From Auanema rhodensis (lineage: Eukaryota > Animalia > Nematoda), in assembly GCA_964057225.1 (NCBI GenBank), contig OZ059900.1, positions 23,684,001 to 23,748,000 on the forward strand: a stretch of DNA of 64,000 bases, read 5' to 3'. A program made the position numbers and the translations under genes. The notes under the pieces are model-generated. The model saw only the letters and a list, made by a program, of their open reading frames with translations, did not search any database and was not told the origin of the DNA. Below, piece by piece: positions 1-12,144 of this stretch (position 1 is the first letter of the stretch; each line of letters opens with the position of its first letter).

Positions 1-3000
1 AGGAAATACGCAAACATTTGAATGACAGCTTTATTACAATACGACTTAGTTTACTCAATCATATCAAGCTTCATGAACACGGACTGTTTGTGCAATAGAT
101 GATAGCAATGATAGTTTCGTTTCTTTTTCTAACTAACTTTCCAGTACGCGAGTTATAATATTTAGAACGCGATTCCTTGATAATGAAAAACTTTCAGAGC
201 CTGCACTGATAATATAATTGGAAACAGGCAGTACGCAATACGAAAACATTTGAATGACAGTTTTATTATAATACGACTTAGTTTACTCAATTATATCAAG
301 CTTCATGAACACGGACTGCTTGTGTAATATATAATAGCAATAATAGTTTCGTTTCTGTTTTTAATTAACTTTCCTGTACGCGAGTTATAATATTTAGAAC
401 GTGATTCTTTGATTATAAAAAACTTTCAGAGCCTGCACTGATAATATAATTGGAAACAGGCAGTACGCAATACGCAAACATTTGAATGGCAGCTTTATTA
501 CAATACGACTTAGTTTACTCAATTATATCAAGCTTCATGAACACGGACTGTTTGTGCAATAGATGATAGCAATGATAATTTCGTTTCTTTTTTCAATTAA
601 CTTTCCAGTACGCGAGTTATTATATTTAGAACGTGATTCCTTCATAATGAAAACTTTTTAGAGCCTGCACTGATAATATAACTGGAAACAGGCAATACTA
701 AAACATTTGAATGACAGCTTTATTACAATAGGACTTAGTTTACTCAATCATACCAATCTTCATGAACGCGGACTGTTTGTGTAATAGATAATAGCAATAA
801 TAGTTTCGTTTCTGTTTTTAATTAACTTTCCTGTACGCGAGTTATAATATTTAGAACGTGATTCCTTGATTATGAAAAACTTTCAGAGCCTGCACTGATA
901 ATATAATTGGAAACAGGCAGTACGCAATAGGCAAACATTTGAATGACAGCTTTATTACAATACGACTTAGTTTACTCAATTATATCAAGCTTCATGAACA
1001 CGGACTGCTTGTGTAATATATAATAGCAATAATAGTTTTGTTTCTGTTTTTAATTAACTTTCCTGTACGCGAGTTACAATATTTAGAACGTGATTCCTTC
1101 ATAATGAAAAATTTTTAGAGCCTGCACTGATAATATAACTGGAAACAGGCAATACTAAAACATTTGAATGACAGCTTTATTACAATAGGACTTAGTTTAC
1201 TCAATCATATCAAGCTTCATGAACACGGACTGTTTGTGCAATAGATGATAGCAATGATTATTTCGTTTCTTTTTTCAATTAACTTTCCAGTACGCGAGTT
1301 ATTATATTTAGAACGTGATTCCTTCATAATGAAAAATTTTTAGAGCCTGCACTGATAATATAATTGGAAACAGGCAGTACGCAATACGCAAACATTTGAA
1401 TGACAGCTTTATTACAATACGACTTAGCTTACTCAATCATATCAAGCTTCATGAACAGGGACTGTTTGTGTAATAGATGATAGCAATGATAGTTTCGTTT
1501 CTTTTTTTAATTAACTTTCCAGTACGCGAGTTATCATATTTAGAACGCGATTGCTTCATAATGAAAAATGTTTAGAGCCTGCACTGATAATATAACTGGC
1601 AACAGGCAATACGCAAACATTTGAATGACAGCTTTATTACAATAGGACTTAGTTTACTCAATCATACCAATCTTCATGAACACGGACTGTTTGTGTAATA
1701 GATAATAGCAATAATAGTTTCGTTTCTGTTTTTAATTAACTTTCCTGTACGCGAGTTATAATATTTAGAACGTGATTCCTTGATTATGAAAAATTTTTAG
1801 AGCCTGCACTGATAATATAACTGGAAACAGGCAGTACGCGATACGCAAATATTTGAATGACAGCTTTATTACAATACGACTTAGTTTACTCAATCATATC
1901 AAGAGTCATGAACACGGACTGTTTGTGTAATAGATAATAGCAATAATAGTTTCGTTTCTGTTTTCAAATAACTTTCCAGTACGCGAGTTATTATATTTAG
2001 AACGTGATTCCTTCATAATGAAAAATTTTTAGAGCCTGCACTGATAATATAACTGGAAACAGGCAGTACGCGATACGCAAACATTTGAATGACAGCTTTA
2101 TTACAATACGACTTAGTTTACTCAATTATATCAAGCTTCATCAACACGGACTGTTTGTGCAATAGATGATAGCAATGATAATTTCGTTTCTTTTTTTAAT
2201 TAACTTTCCAGTACGCGAGTTATCATATTTAGAACGCGATTGCTTCATAATGAAAAATGTTTAGAGCCTGCACTGATAATATAACTGGCAACAGGCAATA
2301 CGGAAACATTTGAATGACAGCTTTATTACAATACGACTTAGTTTACTCAATCATATCAAGCTTCATGAACACGGACTGTTTGTGTAATAGATAATAGCAA
2401 TAATAGTTTCGTTTCTGTTTTCAAATAACTTTCCAGTACGCGAGTTATTATATTTAGAACGTGATTCCTTCATAATGAAAAATTTTTAGAGCCTGCACTG
2501 ATAATATAACTGGAAACAGGCAGTACGCGATACGCAAATATTTGAATGACAGCTTTAATACAATACGACTTAGCTTACTCAATCATATCAAGCTTCATGA
2601 ACAGGGACTGCTTGTGTAATAGATGATAGCAATGATAGTTTCGTTTCTTTTTTTAATTAACTTTCCAGTACGCGAGTTATCATATTTAGAACGCGATTGC
2701 TTCATAATGAAAAATGTTTAGAGCCTGCACTGATAATATAACTGGCAACAGGCAATACGGAAACATTTGAATGACAGCTTTATTACAATACGACTTAGTT
2801 TACTCAATCATATCAAGCTTCATGAACACGGACTGTTTGTGCAATAGATGATAGCAATGATAGTTTCGTTTCTTTTTTTAACTAACTTTCCAGTACGCGA
2901 GTTATAATATTTAGAACGCGATTCCTTGATAATGAAAAACTTTCAGAGCCTGCACTGATAATATAACTGGAAACAGGCAATACTAAAACATTTGAATGAC

Positions 3001-3649
3001 AGCTTTATTACAATAGGACTTAGTTTACTCAATCATACCAATCTTCATGAACACGGACTGCTTGTGTAATATATAATAGCAATAATAGTTTCGTTTCTGT
3101 TTTTAATTAACTTTCCTGTACGCGAGTTATAATATTTAGAACGTGATTCTTTGATTATAAAAAACTTTCAGAGCCTGCACTGATAATATAACTGGCAACA
3201 GGCAATACGCAAACATTTGAATGACAGCTTTATTACAATACGACTTAGTTTACTCAATCATATCAAGCTTCATGAACACGGACTGTTTGTGCAATAGATG
3301 ATAGCAATGATAGTTTCGTTTCTTTTTTTAACTAACTTTCCAGTACGCGAGTTATAATATTTAGAACGCGATTCCTTGATAATGAAAAATTTTTAGAGCC
3401 TGCACTGATAATATAACTGGCAACAGGCAATACGCAAACATTTGAATGACAGCTTTATTACAATACGACTTAGTTTACTCAATCATATCAAGCTTCATGA
3501 ACACGGACTGTTTGTGCAATAGATGATAGCAATGATAGTTTCGTTTCTTTTTTTAACTAACTTTCCAGTACGCGAGTTATAATATTTAGAACGCGATTCC
3601 TTGATAATGAAAAATTTTTAGAGCCTGCACTGATAATATAACTGGCAAC
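1..3649 (+). repeat. Satellite A 16-monomer HOR, copy 1 (3649 bp = 7x232 + 9x225)
   Basis: Rare variants recur at +3649: AGGAAATACG 1/3650, TTGAATGGC 482/4131, ACGCAATAGG 922/4571, AGAGTCATG 1902/5551, CAAGCTTCATCAAC 2132/5781. The order of 232/225 lengths repeats too. Confidence 0.95.
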
Positions 3650-6600
3650 AGGAAATACGCAAACATTTGAATGACAGCTTTATTACAATACGACTTAGTT
3701 TACTCAATCATATCAAGCTTCATGAACACGGACTGTTTGTGCAATAGATGATAGCAATGATAGTTTCGTTTCTTTTTTTAACTAACTTTCCAGTACGCGA
3801 GTTATAATATTTAGAACGCGATTCCTTGATAATGAAAAACTTTCAGAGCCTGCACTGATAATATAATTGGAAACAGGCAGTACGCAATACGCAAACATTT
3901 GAATGACAGCTTTATTATAATACGACTTAGTTTACTCAATTATATCAAGCTTCATGAACACGGACTGCTTGTGTAATATATAATAGCAATAATAGTTTCG
4001 TTTCTGTTTTTAATTAACTTTCCTGTACGCGAGTTATAATATTTAGAACGTGATTCTTTGATTATAAAAAACTTTCAGAGCCTGCACTGATAATATAATT
4101 GGAAACAGGCAGTACGCAATACGCAAACATTTGAATGGCAGCTTTATTACAATACGACTTAGTTTACTCAATTATATCAAGCTTCATGAACACGGACTGT
4201 TTGTGCAATAGATGATAGCAATGATAATTTCGTTTCTTTTTTCAATTAACTTTCCAGTACGCGAGTTATTATATTTAGAACGTGATTCCTTCATAATGAA
4301 AACTTTTTAGAGCCTGCACTGATAATATAACTGGAAACAGGCAATACTAAAACATTAGAATGACAGCTTTATTACAATAGGACTTAGTTTACTCAATCAT
4401 ACCAATCTTCATGAACACGGACTGTTTGTGTAATAGATAATAGCAATAATAGTTTCGTTTCTGTTTTTAATTAACTTTCCTGTACGCGAGTTATAATATT
4501 TAGAACGTGATTCCTTGATTATGAAAAACTTTCAGAGCCTGCACTGATAATATAATTGGAAACAGGCAGTACGCAATAGGCAAACATTTGAATGACAGCT
4601 TTATTACAATACGACTTAGTTTACTCAATTATATCAAGCTTCATGAACACGGACTGCTTGTGTAATATATAATAGCAATAATAGTTTTGTTTCTGTTTTT
4701 AATTAACTTTCCTGTACGCGAGTTACAATATTTAGAACGTGATTCCTTCATAATGAAAAATTTTTAGAGCCTGCACTGATAATATAACTGGAAACAGGCA
4801 ATACTAAAACATTTGAATGACAGCTTTATTACAATAGGACTTAGTTTACTCAATCATATCAAGCTTCATGAACACGGACTGTTTGTGCAATAGATGATAG
4901 CAATGATTATTTCGTTTCTTTTTTCAATTAACTTTCCAGTACGCGAGTTATTATATTTAGAACGTGATTCCTTCATAATGAAAAATTTTTAGAGCCTGCA
5001 CTGATAATATAATTGGAAACAGGCAGTACGCAATACGCAAACATTTGAATGACAGCTTTATTACAATACGACTTAGCTTACTCAATCATATCAAGCTTCA
5101 TGAACAGGGACTGTTTGTGTAATAGATGATAGCAATGATAGTTTCGTTTCTTTTTTTAATTAACTTTCCAGTACGCGAGTTATCATATTTAGAACGCGAT
5201 TGCTTCATAATGAAAAATGTTTAGAGCCTGCACTGATAATATAACTGGCAACAGGCAATACGCAAACATTTGAATGACAGCTTTATTACAATAGGACTTA
5301 GTTTACTCAATCATACCAATCTTCATGAACACGGACTGTTTGTGTAATAGATAATAGCAATAATAGTTTCGTTTCTGTTTTTAATTAACTTTCCTGTACG
5401 CGAGTTATAATATTTAGAACGTGATTCCTTGATTATGAAAAATTTTTAGAGCCTGCACTGATAATATAACTGGAAACAGGCAGTACGCGATACGCAAATA
5501 TTTGAATGACAGCTTTATTACAATACGACTTAGTTTACTCAATCATATCAAGAGTCATGAACACGGACTGTTTGTGTAATAGATAATAGCAATAATAGTT
5601 TCGTTTCTGTTTTTAATTAACTTTCCTGTACGCGAGTTATAATATTTAGAACGTGATTCCTTGATTATGAAAAATTTTTAGAGCCTGCACTGATAATATA
5701 ACTGGAAACAGGCAGTACGCGATACGCAAACATTTGAATGACAGCTTTATTACAATACGACTTAGTTTACTCAATTATATCAAGCTTCATCAACACGGAC
5801 TGTTTGTGCAATAGATGATAGCAATGATAATTTCGTTTCTTTTTTTAATTAACTTTCCAGTACGCGAGTTATCATATTTAGAACGCGATTGCTTCATAAT
5901 GAAAAATGTTTAGAGCCTGCACTGATAATATAACTGGCAACAGGCAATACGGAAACATTTGAATGACAGCTTTATTACAATACGACTTAGTTTACTCAAT
6001 CATATCAAGCTTCATGAACACGGACTGTTTGTGTAATAGATAATAGCAATAATAGTTTCGTTTCTGTTTTCAAATAACTTTCCAGTACGCGAGTTATTAT
6101 ATTTAGAACGTGATTCCTTCATAATGAAAAATTTTTAGAGCCTGCACTGATAATATAACTGGAAACAGGCAGTACGCGATACGCAAATATTTGAATGACA
6201 GCTTTAATACAATACGACTTAGCTTACTCAATCATATCAAGAGTCATGAACACGGACTGTTTGTGTAATAGATAATAGCAATAATAGTTTCGTTTCTGTT
6301 TTTAATTAACTTTCCTGTACGCGAGTTATAATATTTAGAACGTGATTCCTTGATTATGAAAAATGTTTAGAGCCTGCACTGATAATATAACTGGCAACAG
6401 GCAATACGGAAACATTTGAATGACAGCTTTATTACAATACGACTTAGTTTACTCAATTATATCAAGCTTCATGAACAGGGACTGCTTGTGTAATAGATGA
6501 TAGCAATGATAGTTTCGTTTCTTTTTTTAATTAACTTTCCAGTACGCGAGTTATCATATTTAGAACGCGATTGCTTCATAATGAAAAATGTTTAGAGCCT

Positions 6601-6927
6601 GCACTGATAATATAACTGGCAACAGGCAATACGGAAACATTTGAATGACAGCTTTATTACAATACGACTTAGTTTACTCAATCATATCAAACTTCATGAA
6701 CACGGACTGTTTGTGCAATAGATGATAGCAATGATAGTTTCGTTTCTTTTTTTAACTAACTTTCCAGTACGCGAGTTATAATATTTAGAACGCGATTCCT
6801 TGATAATGAAAAACTTTCAGAGCCTGCACTGATAATATAACTGGAAACAGGCAATACTAAAACATTTGAATGACAGCTTTATTACAATAGGACTTAGTTT
6901 ACTCAATCATACCAATCTTCATGAACA
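3650..6927 (+). repeat. Satellite A HOR, copy 2 (one extra monomer; truncated by the inversion)
   Basis: Collinear with copy 1 at +3649 until ~6241, then at +3874 (2721->6595, 2946->6820), which implies a 225-bp insertion. Confidence 0.9.
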
Positions 6928-7008
6928 ACTCGCGTACTGGAAAGTTAATTGAAAAAAGAAACGAAATTATCATTGCTATCATCTATTACACAAACAGTCC
7001 GTGTTCAT
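6921..7008. other. Inversion breakpoint / palindrome centre in satellite A
   Basis: ATGAACA (6921-6927, forward) joins AACTCGCG (from 6927, reverse), sharing one A. The mirror TGTTCAT starts at 7002, so the spacer is 6928-7001. Confidence 0.93.
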
Positions 7009-10000
7009 GAAGATTGGTATGATTGAGTAAACTAAGTCCTATTGTAATAAAGCTGTCATTCAAATGTTTTAGTATTGCCTGTTTCCAGTTATATTATCAG
7101 TGCAGGCTCTGAAAGTTTTTCATTATCAAGGAATCGCGTTCTAAATATTATAACTCGCGTACTGGAAAGTTAGTTAAAAAAAGAAACGAAACTATCATTG
7201 CTATCATCTATTGCACAAACAGTCCGTGTTCATGAAGCTTGATATGATTGAGTAAACTAAGTCGTATTGTAATAAAGCTGTCATTCAAATGTTTCCGTAT
7301 TGCCTGTTGCCAGTTATATTATCAGTGCAGGCTCTAAACATTTTTCATTATGAAGCAATCGCGTTCTAAATATGATAACTCGCGTACTGGAAAGTTAATT
7401 AAAAAAAGAAACGAAACTATCATTGCTATCATCTATTACACAAGCAGTCCCTGTTCATGAAGCTTGATATGATTGAGTAAGCTAAGTCGTATTGTATTAA
7501 AGCTGTCATTCAAATATTTGCGTATCGCGTACTGCCTGTTTCCAGTTATATTATCAGTGCAGGCTCTAAAAATTTTTCATTATGAAGGAATCACGTTCTA
7601 AATATAATAACTCGCGTACTGGAAAGTTATTTGAAAACAGAAACGAAACTATTATTGCTATTATCTATTACACAAACAGTCCGTGTTCATGAAGCTTGAT
7701 ATGATTGAGTAAACTAAGTCGTATTGTAATAAAGCTGTCATTCAAATGTTTCCGTATTGCCTGTTGCCAGTTATATTATCAGTGCAGGCTCTAAACATTT
7801 TTCATTATGAAGCAATCGCGTTCTAAATATGATAACTCGCGTACTGGAAAGTTAATTAAAAAAAGAAACGAAATTATCATTGCTATCATCTATTGCACAA
7901 ACAGTCCGTGTTGATGAAGCTTGATATAATTGAGTAAACTAAGTCGTATTGTAATAAAGCTGTCATTCAAATGTTTGCGTATCGCGTACTGCCTGTTTCC
8001 AGTTATATTATCAGTGCAGGCTCTAAAAATTTTTCATTATGAAGGAATCACGTTCTAAATATAATAACTCGCGTACTGGAAAGTTATTTGAAAACAGAAA
8101 CGAAACTATTATTGCTATTATCTATTACACAAACAGTCCGTGTTCATGACTCTTGATATGATTGAGTAAACTAAGTCGTATTGTAATAAAGCTGTCATTC
8201 AAATATTTGCGTATAGCGTACTGCCTGTTTCCAGTTATATTATCAGTGCAGGCTCTAAAAATTTTTCATAATCAAGGAATCACGTTCTAAATATTATAAC
8301 TCGCGTACAGGAAAGTTAATTAAAAACAGAAACGAAACTATTATTGCTATTATCTATTACACAAACAGTCCGTGTTCATGAAGATTGGTATGATTGAGTA
8401 AACTAAGTCCTATTGTAATAAAGCTGTCATTCAAATGTTTGCGTATTGCCTGTTGCCAGTTATATTATCAGTGCAGGCTCTAAACATTTTTCATTATGAA
8501 GCAATCGCGTTCTAAATATGATAACTCGCGTACTGGAAAGTTAATTAAAAAAAGAAACGAAACTATCATTGCTATCATCTATTACACAAACAGTCCCTGT
8601 TCATGAAGCTTGATATGATTGAGTAAGCTAAGTCGTATTGTAATAAAGCTGTCATTCAAATGTTTGCGTATTGCGTACTGCCTGTTTCCAATTATATTAT
8701 CAGTGCAGGCTCTAAAAATTTTTCATTATGAAGGAATCACGTTCTAAATATAATAACTCGCGTACTGGAAAGTTAATTGAAAAAAGAAACGAAATAATCA
8801 TTGCTATCATCTATTGCACAAACAGTCCGTGTTCATGAAGCTTGATATGATTGAGTAAACTAAGTCCTATTGTAATAAAGCTGTCATTCAAATGTTTTAG
8901 TATTGCCTGTTTCCAGTTATATTATCAGTGCAGGCTCTAAAAATTTTTCATTATGAAGGAATCACGTTCTAAATATTGTAACTCGAGTACAGGAAAGTTA
9001 ATTAAAAACAGAAACAAAACTATTATTGCTATTATATATTACACAAGCAGTCCGTGTTCATGAAGCTTGATATAATTGAGTAAACTAAGTCGTATTGTAA
9101 TAAAGCTGTCATTCAAATGTTTGCCTATTGCGTACTGCCTGTTTCCAGTTATATTATCAGTGCAGGCTCTGAAAGTTTTTCATAATCAAGGAATCACGTT
9201 CTAAATATAATAACTCGCGTACTGGAAAGTTAATTGAAAAAAGAAACGAAATTATCATTGCTATCATCTATTGCACAAACAGTCCGTGTTCATGAAGCTT
9301 GATATAATTGAGTAAACTAAGTCGTATTGTAATAAAGCTGCCATTCAAATGTTTGCGTATTGCGTACTGCCTGTTTCCAATTATATTATCAGTGCAGGAT
9401 CTGAAAGTTTTTCATAATCAAAGAATCACGTTCTAAATATTATAACTCGCGTACAGGAAAGTTAATTAAAAACAGAAACGAAACTATTATTGCTATTATA
9501 TATTGCACAAACAGTCCGTGTTCATGAAGCTTGATATGATTGAGTAAACTAAGTCGTATTGTAATAAAGCTGTCATTCAAATGTTTGCGTATTGCGTACT
9601 GCCTGTTTCCAATTATATTATCAGTGCAGGCTCTGAAAGTTTTTCATTATCAAGGAATCGCGTTCTAAATATTATAACTCGCGTACTGGAAAGTTAGTTA
9701 AAAAAAGAAACGAAACTATCATTGCTATCATCTATTGCACAAACAGTCCGTGTTCATGAAGCTTGATATGATTGAGTAAACTAAGTCGTATTGTAATAAA
9801 GCTGTCATTCAAATGTTTGCGTATTGCCTGTTGCCAGTTATATTATCAGTGCAGGCTCTAAAAATTTTTCATTATGAAGGAATCACGTTCTAAATATAAT
9901 AACTCGCGTACTGGAAAGTTAATTGAAAAAAGAAACGAAATAATCATTGCTATCATCTATTGCACAAACAGTCCGTGTTCATGAAGCTTGATATGATTGA

Positions 10001-12137
10001 GTAAACTAAGTCCTATTGTAATAAAGCTGTCATTCAAATGTTTTAGTATTGCCTGTTTCCAGTTATATTATCAGTGCAGGCTCTAAAAATTTTTCATTAT
10101 GAAGGAATCACGTTCTAAATATAATAACTCGCGTACAGGAAAGTTAATTAAAAACAGAAACGAAACTATTATTGCTATTATATATTACACAAGCAGTCCG
10201 TGTTCATGAAGCTTGATATAATTGAGTAAACTAAGTCGTATTGTAATAAAGCTGTCATTCAAATGTTTGCGTATTGCGTACTGCCTGTTTCCAATTATAT
10301 TATCAGTGCAGGCTCTGAAAGTTTTTCATAATCAAGGAATCACGTTCTAAATATTATAACTCGCGTACAGGAAAGTTAATTAAAAACAGAAACAAAACTA
10401 TTATTGCTATTATATATTACACAAGCAGTCCGTGTTCATGAAGCTTGATATAATTGAGTAAACTAAGTCGTATTGTAATAAAGCTGTCATTCAAATGTTT
10501 GCGTATTGCGTACTGCCTGTTTCCAATTATATTATCAGTGCAGGCTCTGAAAGTTTTTCATAATCAAGGAATCACGTTCTAAATATTATAACTCGCGTAC
10601 AGGAAAGTTAATTAAAAACAGAAACGAAACTATTATTGCTATTATCTATTACACAAACAGTCCGTGTTCATGAAGATTGGTATGATTGAGTAAACTAAGT
10701 CCTATTGTAATAAAGCTGTCATTCTAATGTTTTAGTATTGCCTGTTTCCAGTTATATTATCAGAGCAGGCTCTAAAAAGTTTTCATTATGAAGGAATCAC
10801 GTTCTAAATATAATAACTCGCGTACTGGAAAGTTAATTGAAAAAAGAAACGAAATTATCATTGCTATCATCTATTACATAAGCAGTCCCTGTTCATGAAG
10901 CTTGATATGATTGAGTAAGCTAAGTCGTCTTGTATTAAAGCTGTCATTCAAATATTTGCGTATCGCGTACTGCCTGTTTCCAGTTATATTATCAGTGCAG
11001 GCTCTGAAAGTTTTTCATAATCAAGGAATCACGTTCTAAATATTATAACTCGCGTACAGGAAAGTTAATTAAAAACAGAAACGAAACTATTATTGCTATT
11101 ATATATTACACAAGCAGTCCGTGTTCATGAAGCTTGATATAATTGAGTAAACTAAGTCGTATTATAATAAAGCTGTCATTCAAATGTTTGCGTATTGCGT
11201 ACTGCCTGTTTCCAATTATATTATCAGTGCAGGCTCTGAAAGTTTTTCATTATCAAGGAATCGCGTTCTAAATATTATAACTCGCGTACTGGAAAGTTAG
11301 TTAAAAAAAGAAACGAAACTATCATTGCTATCATCTATTGCACAAACAGTCCGTGTTCATGAAGCTTGATATGATTGAGTAAACTAAGTCGTCTTGTATT
11401 AAAGCTGCCATTCAAATGTTTGCGTATTGCGTACTGCCTGTTTCCAATTATAATATCAGTGCAGGCTCTAAACATTTTTCATTATGAAGCAATCGCGTTC
11501 TAAATATGATAACTCGCGTACTGGAAAGTTAATTAAAAAAAGAAACGAAACTATCATTGCTATCATCTATTACACAAGCAGTCCCTGTTCATGAAGCTTG
11601 ATATGATTGAGTAAGCTAAGTCGTCTTGTATTAAAGCTGTCATTCAAATATTTGCGTATCGCGTACTGCCTGTTTCCAGTTATATTATCAGTGCAGGCTC
11701 TAAAAATTTTTCATAATCAAGGAATCACGTTCTAAATATTATAACTCGCGTACAGGAAAGTTAATTAAAAACAGAAACGAAACTATTATTGCTATTATCT
11801 ATTACACAAACAGTCCGTGTTCATGAAGATTGGTATGATTGAGTAAACTAAGTCCTATTGTAATAAAGCTGTCATTCAAATGTTTTAGTATTGCCTGTTT
11901 CCAGTTATATTATCAGTGCAGGCTCTGAAAGTTTTTCATTATCAAGGAATCGCGTTCTAAATATTATAGCTCGCGTACTGGAAAGTTAATTAAAAAAAGA
12001 AACGAAACTATCATTGCTATCATCTATTACTCAAGCAGTCCCTGTTCATGAAGCTTGATATGATTGAGTAAGCTAAGTCGTATTGTATTAAAGCTGTCAT
12101 TCAAATATTTGCGTATCGCGTACTGCCTGTTTCCAGT
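6927..12137 (-). repeat. Satellite A, inverted arm: ~23 monomers in reverse orientation
   Basis: From 6927 the sequence is the reverse complement of the monomer (AACTCGCGTACTGGAAAG, TATATTATCAGTGCAGGCTC). The last satellite A bases are GCCTGTTTCCAGT, ending at 12137. Confidence 0.99.
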
Positions 12138-12144
12138 AGCTAGG
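12131..12144. other. Direct junction between satellite A and satellite B
   Basis: TTCCAGT|AGCTAGG. Satellite A would continue TATATT and satellite B is normally preceded by TTTTG. There is no filler and no overlap. Confidence 0.93.

Larger units (their letters stand above)
1..6927 (+). repeat. Satellite A, forward arm: ~30 head-to-tail monomers of 225 or 232 bp
   Basis: Landmark GAGCCTGCACTGATAATATA starts at 197, 429, 661, 886, 1118, 1343, 1575, 1800, 2032, 2264, 2489, 2721, 2946, 3171, 3396, 3621, 3846 ... 6820. Spacings are only 225 or 232. The difference is GGCAGTACGCAATACGC versus GGCAATACGC. Strand is arbitrary. Confidence 0.99.

Noticed and set aside
3650-12137. Inverted arms as terminal inverted repeats of a foldback/MITE transposon
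   Set aside because: There are no defined termini, target-site duplication or transposase, and both arms and the spacer are ordinary satellite monomers.
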